A DNA stretch of 64,000 nucleotides, taken from positions 1 to 64,000 of the forward strand of contig JBBILD010000017.1 of assembly GCA_037445065.1 (NCBI GenBank), read 5' to 3'. Under the pieces are notes generated by a model that saw only the letters and a list, made by a program, of their open reading frames with translations, did no database searches and was not told the origin of the DNA. The stretch is from Myxococcales bacterium (GTDB lineage Bacteria > Desulfobacterota > Binatia > HRBIN30). The translations under genes and the position numbers were made by a program. Below are positions 39,044 through 48,603 of the stretch, one piece after another; position 1 is the first letter of the stretch, and each line of letters opens with the position of its first letter.

Positions 39044-39669
39044 CAAAGAACAAGAAAGCGAACTCGGTCGGGAGTGGAACTGTCCGCCGCATTGCTTCAG
39101 TGCGCCGGCAAACCAAGGAAACCGAGATTCTCTTGCGGCTCGAACTCGATGGCAGCGGACAGGCGCAAGTGCAGACCGGCATTGGCTTTTTGGACCACAT
39201 GCTCGACACTCTCGCGCGGCACGGCTTTCTGGACCTCGAACTTACCGCCAAAGGTGATTTGCACGTGGATCAGCACCACACGGTGGAGGACGTGGGTCTG
39301 GCCCTGGGCCAAGCGCTCAAACAAGCACTCGGCAGCAAGCGAGGGATTCGCCGCTTTGGGAGCGCAGCGTGCCCATTGGACGAAGCCCTCGTGCAAGCGG
39401 TGGTAGACCTCAGCGGGCGGCCGTACTTGCACTACGGCCTCAACATTCGCGCTGCTCGCGTTGGTACCTTCGACACCGAGCTCGTGCATGACTTCATGCT
39501 CGCCTTGGTCAACGAGGCAGGCATGAACCTGCACCTCTTGCAGAACTCCGGTCGAAATGCCCACCACATTATCGAGGCCGCCTTCAAAGCGTTGGCGCGA
39601 GCGCTCGACGAGGCCAAGCAGCTCGACCCCCGTGTGATCGGTGTTCCCTCCACGAAAGGCAGTTTATGA
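39040..39669 (+). CDS. hisB: Imidazoleglycerol-phosphate dehydratase
   Basis: RQTKET, GFLDHML, DQHHTVED, NAHHIIEA and PSTKG motifs. Confidence 0.97.
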   Translation: MTKNKKANSVGSGTVRRIASVRRQTKETEILLRLELDGSGQAQVQTGIGFLDHMLDTLARHGFLDLELTAKGDLHVDQHHTVEDVGLALGQALKQALGSKRGIRRFGSAACPLDEALVQAVVDLSGRPYLHYGLNIRAARVGTFDTELVHDFMLALVNEAGMNLHLLQNSGRNAHHIIEAAFKALARALDEAKQLDPRVIGVPSTKGSL

Positions 39670-40286
39670 TCGCCGTCATTGATTACGGCATGGGGAACCT
39701 GCGTTCCGTAGCTAAAGCCTTGGAACGGGTCGGGGCGCAGGTGGAGGTGACCTCCGACCCGAGTCGGATCCGCGCCGCCAGCGGCGTCGTGCTCCCCGGG
39801 GTGGGAGCGTTTGGCGCTTGTATGCAGAACCTGCAGGAGCGGGGATTGGAGCCCGTTGTGCGCGAGGTGATCGAGCGCGGCACGCCGTTTTTCGGCATTT
39901 GCTTGGGCATGCAGCTCCTGTTCGAAGAAAGCGAAGAGTTCGGCAGGGTGCGCGGGCTCGGCGTGCTGCGCGGACGAGTGGTGCGGTTTCCAGAGCGCAA
40001 GGACTTGCTCGTTCCGCACATGGGGTGGAATCAGATTCGGGTGTGCGCGGACGCACCTCATCTGCGCGGGATCAGCACGGGGGCATACGTGTATTTCGTC
40101 CATTCGTATTACGCGCTTCCTGCGGACGCGAAGGTGGTAGCCACCACCACCGACTATGGTGGTGAATTCGCCTCCGCCGTGTGGTCGGGCAACGTCTTCG
40201 CTACCCAGTACCACCCAGAAAAGAGTCAGCGTGTGGGTCTGCAACTGTTGCGCAATTTTGTCGAGCGGGTTGCAGGAGCACATTGA
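39666..40286 (+). CDS. hisH: Imidazole glycerol phosphate synthase glutaminase subunit
   Basis: DYGMGNLRSV, GICLGMQ, PHMGWN and QYHPEKS motifs. Confidence 0.97.
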   Translation: MIAVIDYGMGNLRSVAKALERVGAQVEVTSDPSRIRAASGVVLPGVGAFGACMQNLQERGLEPVVREVIERGTPFFGICLGMQLLFEESEEFGRVRGLGVLRGRVVRFPERKDLLVPHMGWNQIRVCADAPHLRGISTGAYVYFVHSYYALPADAKVVATTTDYGGEFASAVWSGNVFATQYHPEKSQRVGLQLLRNFVERVAGAH

Positions 40287-40298
40287 GAGTTTTGGGTC

Positions 40299-41039
40299 AT
40301 GGCAAAGATGCGCGTGCTGCCTGCGATTGATTTGAAAGAGGGGAAATGTGTTCGCTTGTTGCGGGGCGAGTGGGAACAGGAAACGGTGTACGGGAGCGAT
40401 CCCGTTGCGATGGCCCAGCATTGGGTCCAATTGGGGGCAGAGTACTTGCACGTGGTGGATTTGGACGCGGCGGTGCGTGGGAGCGACGGGAATGCCGCCA
40501 TCATCGAACGACTGTGCCGGGAGCTTCCCGTGCCGTTGGAAGTAGGGGGTGGAGTCCGGTCCATCTCCCGAGCCGAACACTTGTTGGAGTTGGGAGCGGC
40601 GCGGGTCATCTTTGGGACAGCGGCGTTGTCCGACCCTGAAACGGTGCGGGAAGCGTGCCGCCGCTTTCCCGGGCGTATCGCGGTAGGCATTGATGCGCGA
40701 GGCGGCCGGGTCGCCGTGCAAGGTTGGGTGGAGACCTCGGAGCGAACCGCCACAGAACTCGCCCGTGAGGTCGAAGAATGGGGTGCCTGCCGGATCATTT
40801 TTACGGACATCGAACGGGACGGAACACTGAGCGGGGTGAACGTCACCACGACCTGCGCACTGGCCCGGGAGGTCCGCTTGCCGGTGACCGCTTCTGGCGG
40901 TGTCGGTTCGCTCGCGGATATTCGGCGGCTGTACGCGGAGGGCCCGGAGAATCTCGATGAGGTCATCGTCGGGCGCGCCTTATACGCTGGAGCGGTGTCG
41001 CTTCCCGAGGCCGTCCGGGTCGCCCGCGGAGAGAGTTGA
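40299..41039 (+). CDS. hisA: ProFAR isomerase
   Basis: [31 protein letters not shown] and GRALY motifs. Confidence 0.96.
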   Translation: MAKMRVLPAIDLKEGKCVRLLRGEWEQETVYGSDPVAMAQHWVQLGAEYLHVVDLDAAVRGSDGNAAIIERLCRELPVPLEVGGGVRSISRAEHLLELGAARVIFGTAALSDPETVREACRRFPGRIAVGIDARGGRVAVQGWVETSERTATELAREVEEWGACRIIFTDIERDGTLSGVNVTTTCALAREVRLPVTASGGVGSLADIRRLYAEGPENLDEVIVGRALYAGAVSLPEAVRVARGES

Positions 41040-41049
41040 GAAAAGCGCC

Positions 41050-41817
41050 ATGCTGGCGAAACGGATTATTCCTTGCCTGGATGTGAAGGACGGGCGCGTG
41101 GTCAAGGGCGTCAACTTCGTTGGCTTGCGGGACGCCGGAGATCCAGTGGAAATCGCCCAACGCTACGAGGAAGAAGAGGCAGACGAACTGGTCTTTCTCG
41201 ATATCACCGCCTCGCACGAGCGGCGGCGGATTTTGCTCGACGTCGTTCGGCGGACCGCGGAAACCGTCTTCATGCCACTCACGGTCGGGGGTGGGGTGCG
41301 AACCCTCCAGGATGTGCGCGACCTGCTGAATGCGGGCGCGGACAAGGTCTCCATCAACACGGCGGCAGTGGAGAATGCCGATTTCGTTGCACTGGCCGCC
41401 GAGAAGTTCGGCAGTCAGTGCGTGGTGGTAGCCATTGATGCCAAGCGAGTTCCCGGATCCGAGCCTCCTCGTTGGGAGGTGTACACGCACGGCGGGCGGA
41501 CCCCCACAGGGATCGATGCGGTCCGCTGGGCCGTGCAGATGGCCGCAGCCGGGGCTGGCGAAATTCTGCTCACCAGCATGGATCGGGATGGGACTCGCGA
41601 TGGCTACGATCTCGAGTTGACCGCCGCCGTTGCCAATCACGTGCACGTTCCCGTGGTGGCTTCCGGGGGCGCGGGGAACTTGCATCACATTTATGAGGGC
41701 TTGGTCCTGGGTCGAGCCTCGGCTGCACTGGCAGCTTCGATTTTTCACTTCCGCGAGTACACGATTCGCCAGTGCAAAGAGTACCTCGCAGAGCGAGGGG
41801 TGCCTGTGCGACGGTGA
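41050..41817 (+). CDS. hisF: Imidazole glycerol phosphate synthase cyclase subunit
   Basis: [27 protein letters not shown] and AASIFH motifs. Confidence 0.98.
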   Translation: MLAKRIIPCLDVKDGRVVKGVNFVGLRDAGDPVEIAQRYEEEEADELVFLDITASHERRRILLDVVRRTAETVFMPLTVGGGVRTLQDVRDLLNAGADKVSINTAAVENADFVALAAEKFGSQCVVVAIDAKRVPGSEPPRWEVYTHGGRTPTGIDAVRWAVQMAAAGAGEILLTSMDRDGTRDGYDLELTAAVANHVHVPVVASGGAGNLHHIYEGLVLGRASAALAASIFHFREYTIRQCKEYLAERGVPVRR

Positions 41818-41909
41818 AGGCGTGCACTGGGCGGTTTGCACGCAGGGCAAGGAGGGCGACAGCGCAGCGAAGGCGAGAAGACGAGCGAGAGACGGCCTCC
41901 GCAGCGGCC

Positions 41910-42300
41910 GTCGGATCCTGCGCCCGGTTCTCTTCGACCGAGTGCGCGGCCTCGTGGTATACGGGAGCGCGCTGACCCGCGCCTAAGTATCCGGACCGTC
42001 AGACTTCAACTTTCTGGTTGCCGTCAACGGGCCGAAGCCATCCGACAAGCGGAACTTGGCTCGGAACCGGAAACCCTGGAAACAAACCCGCGATCTGGCC
42101 CACTGCTCGGGCGCTCGGCAAGTGCAGACTGAGCCGCCGATGGAGTGCTTTGCTCGAGGTTCGGCGTTTTGCTGCAGACGGTTTGCCGCAAGTGGGTCGC
42201 CTTTGGTTGGGCGCCGTGCGCTTGGCACGGGAAGCGGAGCGCAAGCTCTCCGTTCGCGTGTACCGAAGCACTGGAACCGCGCGGCAACGGAGACACAATC
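41910..42300 (+). pseudogene. Degraded Pol-beta-like nucleotidyltransferase-domain gene (boundaries approximate)
   Basis: Reading through TAA 41984-41986 gives LFDRVRGLVVYGSALTRA*VSGPSDFNFLVAV, matching the hhhYGS-x10-SDxN/D NTase motif; the downstream part appears frameshifted. Confidence 0.55.
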
Positions 42301-42402
42301 GGGCCGGCGTGGGCACGTCCGCGCCGCGCCCGCAAACCCGACTGATGCGGCCCCAATGCAAAGAAGTAGCCGCGGCCGGAAGGGAACTGGCTCTTTGCCC
42401 GA

Positions 42403-43524
42403 TTAGCAGCCGTCGGAAGCTGGCATTGGCGGCGGCTGGCTACTGCAAGCGCAAGCGCGCGCACGCGTTCCGCTGGTTGGCTCCAGGGCACCGCTCTGAC
42501 CCGCCGGCCGCTGGCGGCCGAGGGCGGTCCAAAGGTGTTCTCGTACGGCTGCGAAAGGTCGTTGGAACAGCAGATTGAACTCGAGCATCGGGCCGACCAC
42601 GCAGCGAGTGCAAGGTGTGCGGCGATCCCAGGCCTTGGCCCAGTCGTCTGCAAGCAAATCCACGCCGGTCACTTTGCCCTTGGTATACGCACAGGGGTAC
42701 GCACGCCCCTGCGGATCGATGTAAAGGAAGCCTCTCCCTGCCGCACAGCGCTGAGTCGGATCGAAAACGGCGGAGATCGAAAAATCCGGCCACCGACTCA
42801 CGACCTCCAAATACGCGAGCGAACTCGCGATCGGGCGCCCGCGCCGTTTCTGTTCGATCAGAGCCCGCCAAAAGCTCTGCCAGCGCTGGTGCGGGACGGT
42901 CGGATCCGATTTGCCGCGCACGAGTTCAGTCTCCACGCAGCGCGGTTGGAAGTGCACACGAAAGCCGCCTTTGTCTGCTTGGGTGAGTAGGTATTCGGCC
43001 TCGGTCAGGTTGTGCTCGGTGACCACACAGATCGCTACCACCGGGACGCCGCGGCGAACCAGCTCACGTGCTGCCTTGATGACCTGTTCGGCGCGCCCGT
43101 CGCCGCGCGCACGAGCGTGCGCGCTCGGCGTACCGTCGAGACTCGTGTACACGAGGTTCGCCTCGGCCAGACTCTCCCCGCGGCGTTCGAATAAGCTCAG
43201 ATTCGAGTTCACGCTCACCCAAAAGCCGAAGCGGCGAGCGAGTTGCAAAACGGTAGGAAAGTCCTGGCGAACAAGCGGCTCCCCTCCTGCTAATCCGAGT
43301 CGTCGCACTCCCATGTTCCGCAGCCGGGAAAACAGTTTCTCGATCTGTTCGATCGGGAGATCATGCGGATCGAGAAACGGACTGTTGCAATAACTGCAGC
43401 GCAAATTGCACCGGTTGGTCACCGCGAAAGTGGCGGAGAAAGCCCGCGGTGCTCCGTCAATGTGAAACGCGAGCAGGCTGCGCAAATAGGCCGCGCCAAG
43501 GGCAAGTGGTTCAACCAATCGCAT
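42403..43524 (-). CDS. Radical SAM protein with C-terminal SPASM/twitch-like Cys cluster
   Basis: CNLRCSYC, GGEPL, CAAG...IDPQGRAYPC and CTRC motifs. Confidence 0.88.
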   Translation of the reverse strand: MRLVEPLALGAAYLRSLLAFHIDGAPRAFSATFAVTNRCNLRCSYCNSPFLDPHDLPIEQIEKLFSRLRNMGVRRLGLAGGEPLVRQDFPTVLQLARRFGFWVSVNSNLSLFERRGESLAEANLVYTSLDGTPSAHARARGDGRAEQVIKAARELVRRGVPVVAICVVTEHNLTEAEYLLTQADKGGFRVHFQPRCVETELVRGKSDPTVPHQRWQSFWRALIEQKRRGRPIASSLAYLEVVSRWPDFSISAVFDPTQRCAAGRGFLYIDPQGRAYPCAYTKGKVTGVDLLADDWAKAWDRRTPCTRCVVGPMLEFNLLFQRPFAAVREHLWTALGRQRPAGQSGALEPTSGTRARACACSSQPPPMPASDGC

Positions 43525-44440
43525 CGAATTCCCTCAGCAGCGCAAGCCACAAGACGGCAAAGTAGGCTTTGGTCAGCAGCCAGCCGGTTTGCGGGTTGGA
43601 GCAAACGAAGTGAGGGAGCAAGGGAAGAAAAGCGGACGCGGCGACTGCCCAATGCGCACCGAAAAACGATTTCGACACAAGTGCGAGCAGGGTGCAACAG
43701 GCAGCGAGCAAAAGCGGCACCGCCTGGGGCGCTGCGGCGGCTGAGGTGCGAACCCCGTTGCGGGCATCCACCACCCGGTCGCTCGCCGTCTGGTAAACGT
43801 GGCAAACCGCGGTCATCAGTCCCACCACCGCCAGCAGAGGCCAGGGCGGCCTCACAATTGCGGCGTATGTGGCGCCCCAAAGCCCGCACCAAACGACGTC
43901 CAGCAACGGCACTGCCTTGAGCGAAAACGAATACAATGCGTTGACTGCCAGCACCGCGGCCACCGCGAACGCTGAGGGCAACCCGCCCCCCACCCAAGCA
44001 AGAAGCAGCGAGCCACTCGAGAGCAACAGAAGCACGAGTGCCACCTGCTTGCGGTAGGCGAGATGCGCTTCCACCAGCCAGCGGTTTTTCCGCGGGTTGT
44101 TGGTGTCGCCTGCCGCGTCCCACGAGTCGTTGAAGCCATAGAGTGCGGTCAGCACCAACAGCGACGCCAGCACCAGCGCAGTGGCTTCTCCAAGATGCGG
44201 TTCGCCAATGGCAAGCCACGACACGTTCACCGCTAGCAGGGCCCCTTCCAGGCGACGCAAACGGTCCACTAGCGAACCGAACACGGCTGTGAACCCGTAA
44301 GCAACACGGACCCGACCCGCACGGAGCGGGTTCGCGCGCGCGCGAGCCACCGTCGGGCCGACCAACGACGCCATCGTCAGGCATCGTACTGCCGTGATGA
44401 TCAGGGAATCAATAGCGTTGCCGTTGCTCTGGGTGTCCAC
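43511..44440 (-). CDS. UbiA-family membrane prenyltransferase (start uncertain)
   Basis: YGFNDSWDAAGD..NPRK Asp-rich motif, YSFSLKAVPLLDV and DRVVD..NGVRT motifs, multiple TM segments; overlaps the radical SAM gene. Confidence 0.8.
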   Translation of the reverse strand: MDTQSNGNAIDSLIITAVRCLTMASLVGPTVARARANPLRAGRVRVAYGFTAVFGSLVDRLRRLEGALLAVNVSWLAIGEPHLGEATALVLASLLVLTALYGFNDSWDAAGDTNNPRKNRWLVEAHLAYRKQVALVLLLLSSGSLLLAWVGGGLPSAFAVAAVLAVNALYSFSLKAVPLLDVVWCGLWGATYAAIVRPPWPLLAVVGLMTAVCHVYQTASDRVVDARNGVRTSAAAAPQAVPLLLAACCTLLALVSKSFFGAHWAVAASAFLPLLPHFVCSNPQTGWLLTKAYFAVLWLALLREFDAIG

Positions 44441-44463
44441 ACAAATGTGGTTTTCGTCCTTAG

Positions 44464-44601
44464 GAGCCTGTCAGACAAAAACCGAGTCTGAGTTTCGTGC
44501 GCTCGTATGAGCGCATTACACCGAAGTCTTGTCGCCCAGAAGCGATTTGCCTGCGGATAACTGCTTGTATGAGGGTTGGCTGCGCATACTCGGACAGGCT
44601 C
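44464..44601. mobile_element. 138-bp MITE-like element (IS5-family-like ends)
   Basis: Terminal inverted repeats GAGCCTGTCAGA / TCGGACAGGCTC (11/12 match) flanked by direct TTAG repeats at 44460-44463 and 44602-44605; no transposase. Confidence 0.7.
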
Positions 44602-44683
44602 TTAGGCTCTTCGCTCGAAGCATTGTGATCTAGAGAAGAGGCTGCGCCCGGGAATTGACCGAAACGGCTAATGCCAGTTACGG

Positions 44684-45514
44684 GTGGGGATGGAGGAAGA
44701 TTGTAGATTGTCCGCAGCCGAGTTACCCAGCCAAGCCATCGAACGAGTGTCTGCGCTCGAGCCGGAACACTTCGCCCGCGCTTACGTGCGGCTCCGCAAG
44801 CCGGTCATCCTCTGTGGCTTGACCGCTGAGTGGGCGCCCCCTGAATTCTGGCTCTTCGACTCCTTTGTCCGCCGCTACGCCACGTTGACGGTGATCGCCG
44901 TTCGCTTGGCGCAAGGAGTCATCCTCGAGCATGCCCGGCAGGGAGTAATGTTTGAAAAGGTTTCCTTGGGGGCTCTGGTGTCCCAACTTCCACGCGAGGC
45001 GCACGGTAACTACGTGTCAGCACCCGTCGAGAGCCTACCCGTTGGTCTCCAGAACCGCTTCTCTATCCCGCGCTACTGCCGTCATGCTTCGTATTCGCGA
45101 GGAAAGCTGTGGGTGGGCCGCGCTGGAACAGTGACTCCTTTGCACTGGGACGTGGGCCATAACCTGCACGCGCAGTTGAGCGGGCGCAAGCGCTGGACGC
45201 TTTTTCCTTCGGGGGCACGGGCTTCGCTCTACCCACGCGGGTTTTGCTCGGGGATGCCGAATTTCGCGCGCGTAGATCCGGAACGCCCGGATTTCGACCG
45301 CTTCCCACGACTGCGCGCAGCGTGCCCCTACCGAGCCGTGTTAGAGCCCGGGGACACACTGTTCATTCCATGCGGCTGGTGGCATCACACGCGGCTTCTG
45401 GAGGACTCTGTGTCCATCAATTTTTGGTGGGGAGGCCGGGCCGTGGCGGGGGCCGCATGGGTCTCGGCGCTGTTCAAACGACTGCGCGGAATTGCCGCCG
45501 GCGAGTGGGACTGA
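44684..45514 (+). CDS. JmjC / cupin-like-8 Fe(II)/2-oxoglutarate oxygenase
   Basis: KPVIL.GL..W, LWVG..GTVTPLHWD, GRKRW.LFP and LEPGDTLFIPCGWWH (HxD...H triad). Confidence 0.88.
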   Translation: MGMEEDCRLSAAELPSQAIERVSALEPEHFARAYVRLRKPVILCGLTAEWAPPEFWLFDSFVRRYATLTVIAVRLAQGVILEHARQGVMFEKVSLGALVSQLPREAHGNYVSAPVESLPVGLQNRFSIPRYCRHASYSRGKLWVGRAGTVTPLHWDVGHNLHAQLSGRKRWTLFPSGARASLYPRGFCSGMPNFARVDPERPDFDRFPRLRAACPYRAVLEPGDTLFIPCGWWHHTRLLEDSVSINFWWGGRAVAGAAWVSALFKRLRGIAAGEWD

Positions 45515-47634
45515 GGAACCTCGCCGCAACCGACGAGCCGCCAGCGTCCGCCCTCAAGGCGCGGCTCCCACCGAGCAGTGCTCAGGTTTGCGGCCCACAC
45601 GCGCCCGAGGGCTGCGGGGTCGCGCAGTTCGAAGAGCGTGACCCCAGGAACCTGCGCGCACAGCGAGCGCGAAACGGCCAAATCGTGCTCGAGACCTGGA
45701 CTCCAAAACACGAGATCTTTGCCATCGCGGAGGAATTGCTGCACGGGGAACGCGGACCCTTGCCAGCGCCAGTACCCAACAGGTCGGCGCCCTGCATATG
45801 CGGTCATCGGCCCGACATACAGCCAGCGAACGTCCGAGTGAAACGCCACAGGATAGTCGAGGAATACGGCTCGCTCTGCTTCCTCGGGAGCGAGGCTCTC
45901 GAGGGCGATCCCGGTCGCCGAGGCAGACAAGATGTACGGGTTGACTCGGTGCACCAGCCAGTGGCCGCTCAGGGCAGAGAGAAGCGCGGCCACGAGCGCC
46001 GCCGGCAATCGGAGCGTTGGCATGAGATGGTCCAACACGTTTGCCAGGCCGGCCGCTGCGATCAGAGCCACCGGGATGGCGAGCGCGACTGAGTGCACGA
46101 CATCTACTCGGTCCACAGGGGAAACGAACGAAGGAACGAGGCTGGCTACGAACAGCCCGAGCATGGTGCGCGCGTTTGGGTTCCGCCGTAGAGAGTGGAT
46201 GCTTGTGGCCAAACCGAAGGCGAAAAGCAGGGAGGTAAGAGGGTCGAAAATCGTGTCGCCCCAAATGCGGATGTGCAGGCGCGAATGCGCGAACGGCGCG
46301 AGCAACGCCCCGATCGCAATATCCGCGGCACGGCGGATGTCCACAGTGCGCCCCTCTTCCATGAGCAGGACGGAGGCTTGTCCGAGAAGCGCCAGGTCCA
46401 AGTACGCAGCCTTGCCGTGGAAGCTGAGGTAATGCCTGGCTTCGGCAAAAGAGAACACATGGGAAAACGCGGGCAGCACGGCTGCGAACAAGCCCACGGC
46501 ACCCGCCACCCAGGCTCCGTGCAGAGCGCTCCAGGTGGAGCGCAAACGGGCGAGGAAATGTAGGCCGACCGCTGCCACAATTGGAATCATGCTGGGGTAC
46601 AGCGCTGCCAATCCGGCCAAGGGACCGGTAGCGGCCAGCGCCGCCGGGGATGCGGTACGCGCGAAGCTTCGCCACGCTAGCAACAGCGCGACGGTCATGA
46701 CCGGACCAAAGACGAACGGTGCGGCACTGACTGCCATCAAATGCGTAAACGGGGAAAAAAGGAAACTGGCTGCGGCGAAGGCCGCGGGCAGGGGACCCAA
46801 AAACGAAGCGGTGATTGCCGCTAGGCTGAGCCCTGCCACAGCAAGCCAGAGCACCTGATGCAGTTGCAGACTCGACAAACTGGGCTCGCCGAGGCCAAGA
46901 GCCCAAAAGGGAGGTCCTTGAAAAAGAAACGGCAGGGCCGCCAAATTGGAAAGCTCGGTATCGTAACGTTCCGCCAGCAAGTTCCCGCGGCGCGCAGCGA
47001 AGAGCAGGGCGTCGACGAAGGCCCGCCACTGGTCGACCGCCCGGCTCGCTTCCAGGCCGCCAACTTCCCCAGCCAGAGACCAAGCTACCCAGACGGCAAC
47101 CACTGCCAGGGGCGCCCCCAGCGCCGCGTCTGGACAGCGCCGGGTCGTGGCTCCGGTGGCGACGATCGGGACGCTGCGTAGGAATAGTGCAGGCAGGAAC
47201 AGTGCGACGACAAAAAGCAAGGAACCGGCAGTTCCTGTGTAGTTGAGCCATGGAGCAGCGAATAGCAACGCGAGGGCAGCGGCCAGTGCCGCGCGAAGTC
47301 GGTAGGCCGGAATCCTTGCTTCAGCTCGGGGCTGCGTAAGGATCGGCGATGCGAGGCGAGCGCAGGTAGCGGCGAACCAGCATGCCGCTACCGCCAAGGC
47401 GAGAAGCCGCACACCCACCCACCATTCCGGGACCCCGGGAAACAGGCGCGACCAGAAGCCGGCCTCCGCCCTCCATTCTGGCATCTGACCCGCTGGCGGC
47501 ATGAACAGCGGCAGCGCGTAGCACCCTGACAGCAGCGCGATCCCAGTCGCGTGTAGCCACCGGCGCGGCGCGGGGCAGGCGGGTCCCGTTCCGTTTCTCT
47601 GCCAGCTCTTTAGAGCCCCACGGCCCGCTGACAC
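45385..47634 (-). CDS. Large polytopic membrane protein, possible GT-C (ArnT/PMT-like) glycosyltransferase
   Basis: More than 10 hydrophobic segments in a long ORF with a soluble C-terminus; LGPLPAAFAAASFLFSPF and GLAALYP segments resemble GT-C. Start is uncertain (GTG 47634 follows the USP stop). Confidence 0.55.
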   Translation of the reverse strand: MSAGRGALKSWQRNGTGPACPAPRRWLHATGIALLSGCYALPLFMPPAGQMPEWRAEAGFWSRLFPGVPEWWVGVRLLALAVAACWFAATCARLASPILTQPRAEARIPAYRLRAALAAALALLFAAPWLNYTGTAGSLLFVVALFLPALFLRSVPIVATGATTRRCPDAALGAPLAVVAVWVAWSLAGEVGGLEASRAVDQWRAFVDALLFAARRGNLLAERYDTELSNLAALPFLFQGPPFWALGLGEPSLSSLQLHQVLWLAVAGLSLAAITASFLGPLPAAFAAASFLFSPFTHLMAVSAAPFVFGPVMTVALLLAWRSFARTASPAALAATGPLAGLAALYPSMIPIVAAVGLHFLARLRSTWSALHGAWVAGAVGLFAAVLPAFSHVFSFAEARHYLSFHGKAAYLDLALLGQASVLLMEEGRTVDIRRAADIAIGALLAPFAHSRLHIRIWGDTIFDPLTSLLFAFGLATSIHSLRRNPNARTMLGLFVASLVPSFVSPVDRVDVVHSVALAIPVALIAAAGLANVLDHLMPTLRLPAALVAALLSALSGHWLVHRVNPYILSASATGIALESLAPEEAERAVFLDYPVAFHSDVRWLYVGPMTAYAGRRPVGYWRWQGSAFPVQQFLRDGKDLVFWSPGLEHDLAVSRSLCAQVPGVTLFELRDPAALGRVWAANLSTARWEPRLEGGRWRLVGCGEVPQSHSPAAIPRSRLNSAETHAAPATARPPHQKLMDTESSRSRV

Positions 47635-47638
47635 TGCC

Positions 47639-48556
47639 TCAGTCTCTCGGGCGCACGATTTCCACCGTGGTGTGGACTCGCCCAGCGATCGCCGCGGATA
47701 CACTGCCGAGCAAGAACCGCTCGACGAAGTTGAGCCCGCGGGCGCCAACAAACACGCAGTCCACAGCGGCGCGCTCTGCCTCCTCCAACAAGCGGTGCTT
47801 GGGGTCGCCCTCCAGTAAAGCAGACGATGCACGCAAGCCTGCCCGCTCGATGCGGGCGGCTGCATCGTCCAGCATGCGGCGGAAGACAGCCTGCGCCTCC
47901 ATATCCCCCGTTTGTACCCACCGCCGGAGCGGAGACTCTGTAGACCCGAGGTCGCTCAGCATCCGTGGTTCCATCACCGTGACCACGTGCACAGCAGTTT
48001 CCTCGGGCCAGCGCCGGGTGAGCAGGGCATCGAAGGCTGCGCAGGCGCCCGGCGAGCCGTCGAAGCCGAGGAGAAGCCGCAACTCAGTTCGCGCAGGGTC
48101 GGGGCGGTGGCGCGCGATCCGCACCGAGCACGGAGCCTCGGTGGCGACTTTTTGCGAGACACTACCGAGGAGGATCCGGCCCACAGCCGAACGCCCGTGC
48201 GACCCGACCACGAGTAGATCCGCAGCCCATTCCTTGGCGGCTTTGATCAGCCCCCAAGCGGGCGAGTCAGCCCTTGCCTCGCATTCGACCGTCCAACTCG
48301 GAAATTGCTCCGCGAGGAAGTCGCGCCCTTGTTCGGCAACCCGTAGTGCTTCTTGGAACGCTTGGCGGGCCAGGGCCCTGCCCTTGGCTACCGGCAATGG
48401 CAGTGCTTGCTCCTCTTGTGGAGTCAGCGAAGGCAGCCAAACATCAGCCACACAAACCACCTTGGCTTGTGTGCCGGGTGGAAGCCCTGCCAACGCAAGC
48501 CCATCGAGCGCCTCGCGCGCACAGGCAGTGCCGTCGTAACCAATCACCAGCTTCAT
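47639..48556 (-). CDS. Tandem-domain universal stress protein
   Basis: IGYDG, VVGSHGRS...LLGSVS, LLGFDGS and VGARG...LLGSVS motifs. Confidence 0.92.
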   Translation of the reverse strand: MKLVIGYDGTACAREALDGLALAGLPPGTQAKVVCVADVWLPSLTPQEEQALPLPVAKGRALARQAFQEALRVAEQGRDFLAEQFPSWTVECEARADSPAWGLIKAAKEWAADLLVVGSHGRSAVGRILLGSVSQKVATEAPCSVRIARHRPDPARTELRLLLGFDGSPGACAAFDALLTRRWPEETAVHVVTVMEPRMLSDLGSTESPLRRWVQTGDMEAQAVFRRMLDDAAARIERAGLRASSALLEGDPKHRLLEEAERAAVDCVFVGARGLNFVERFLLGSVSAAIAGRVHTTVEIVRPRD

Positions 48557-48603
48557 AGTTGACCACCTCGTTTCTCCCAGGATTGAACACGGCGCAAGGC
48601 GTC

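Noticed and set aside
41984..41986. Stop-codon recoding in the nucleotidyltransferase-like frame
   Set aside because: The codon is TAA, which terminates other genes here, and the downstream sequence also looks degraded.
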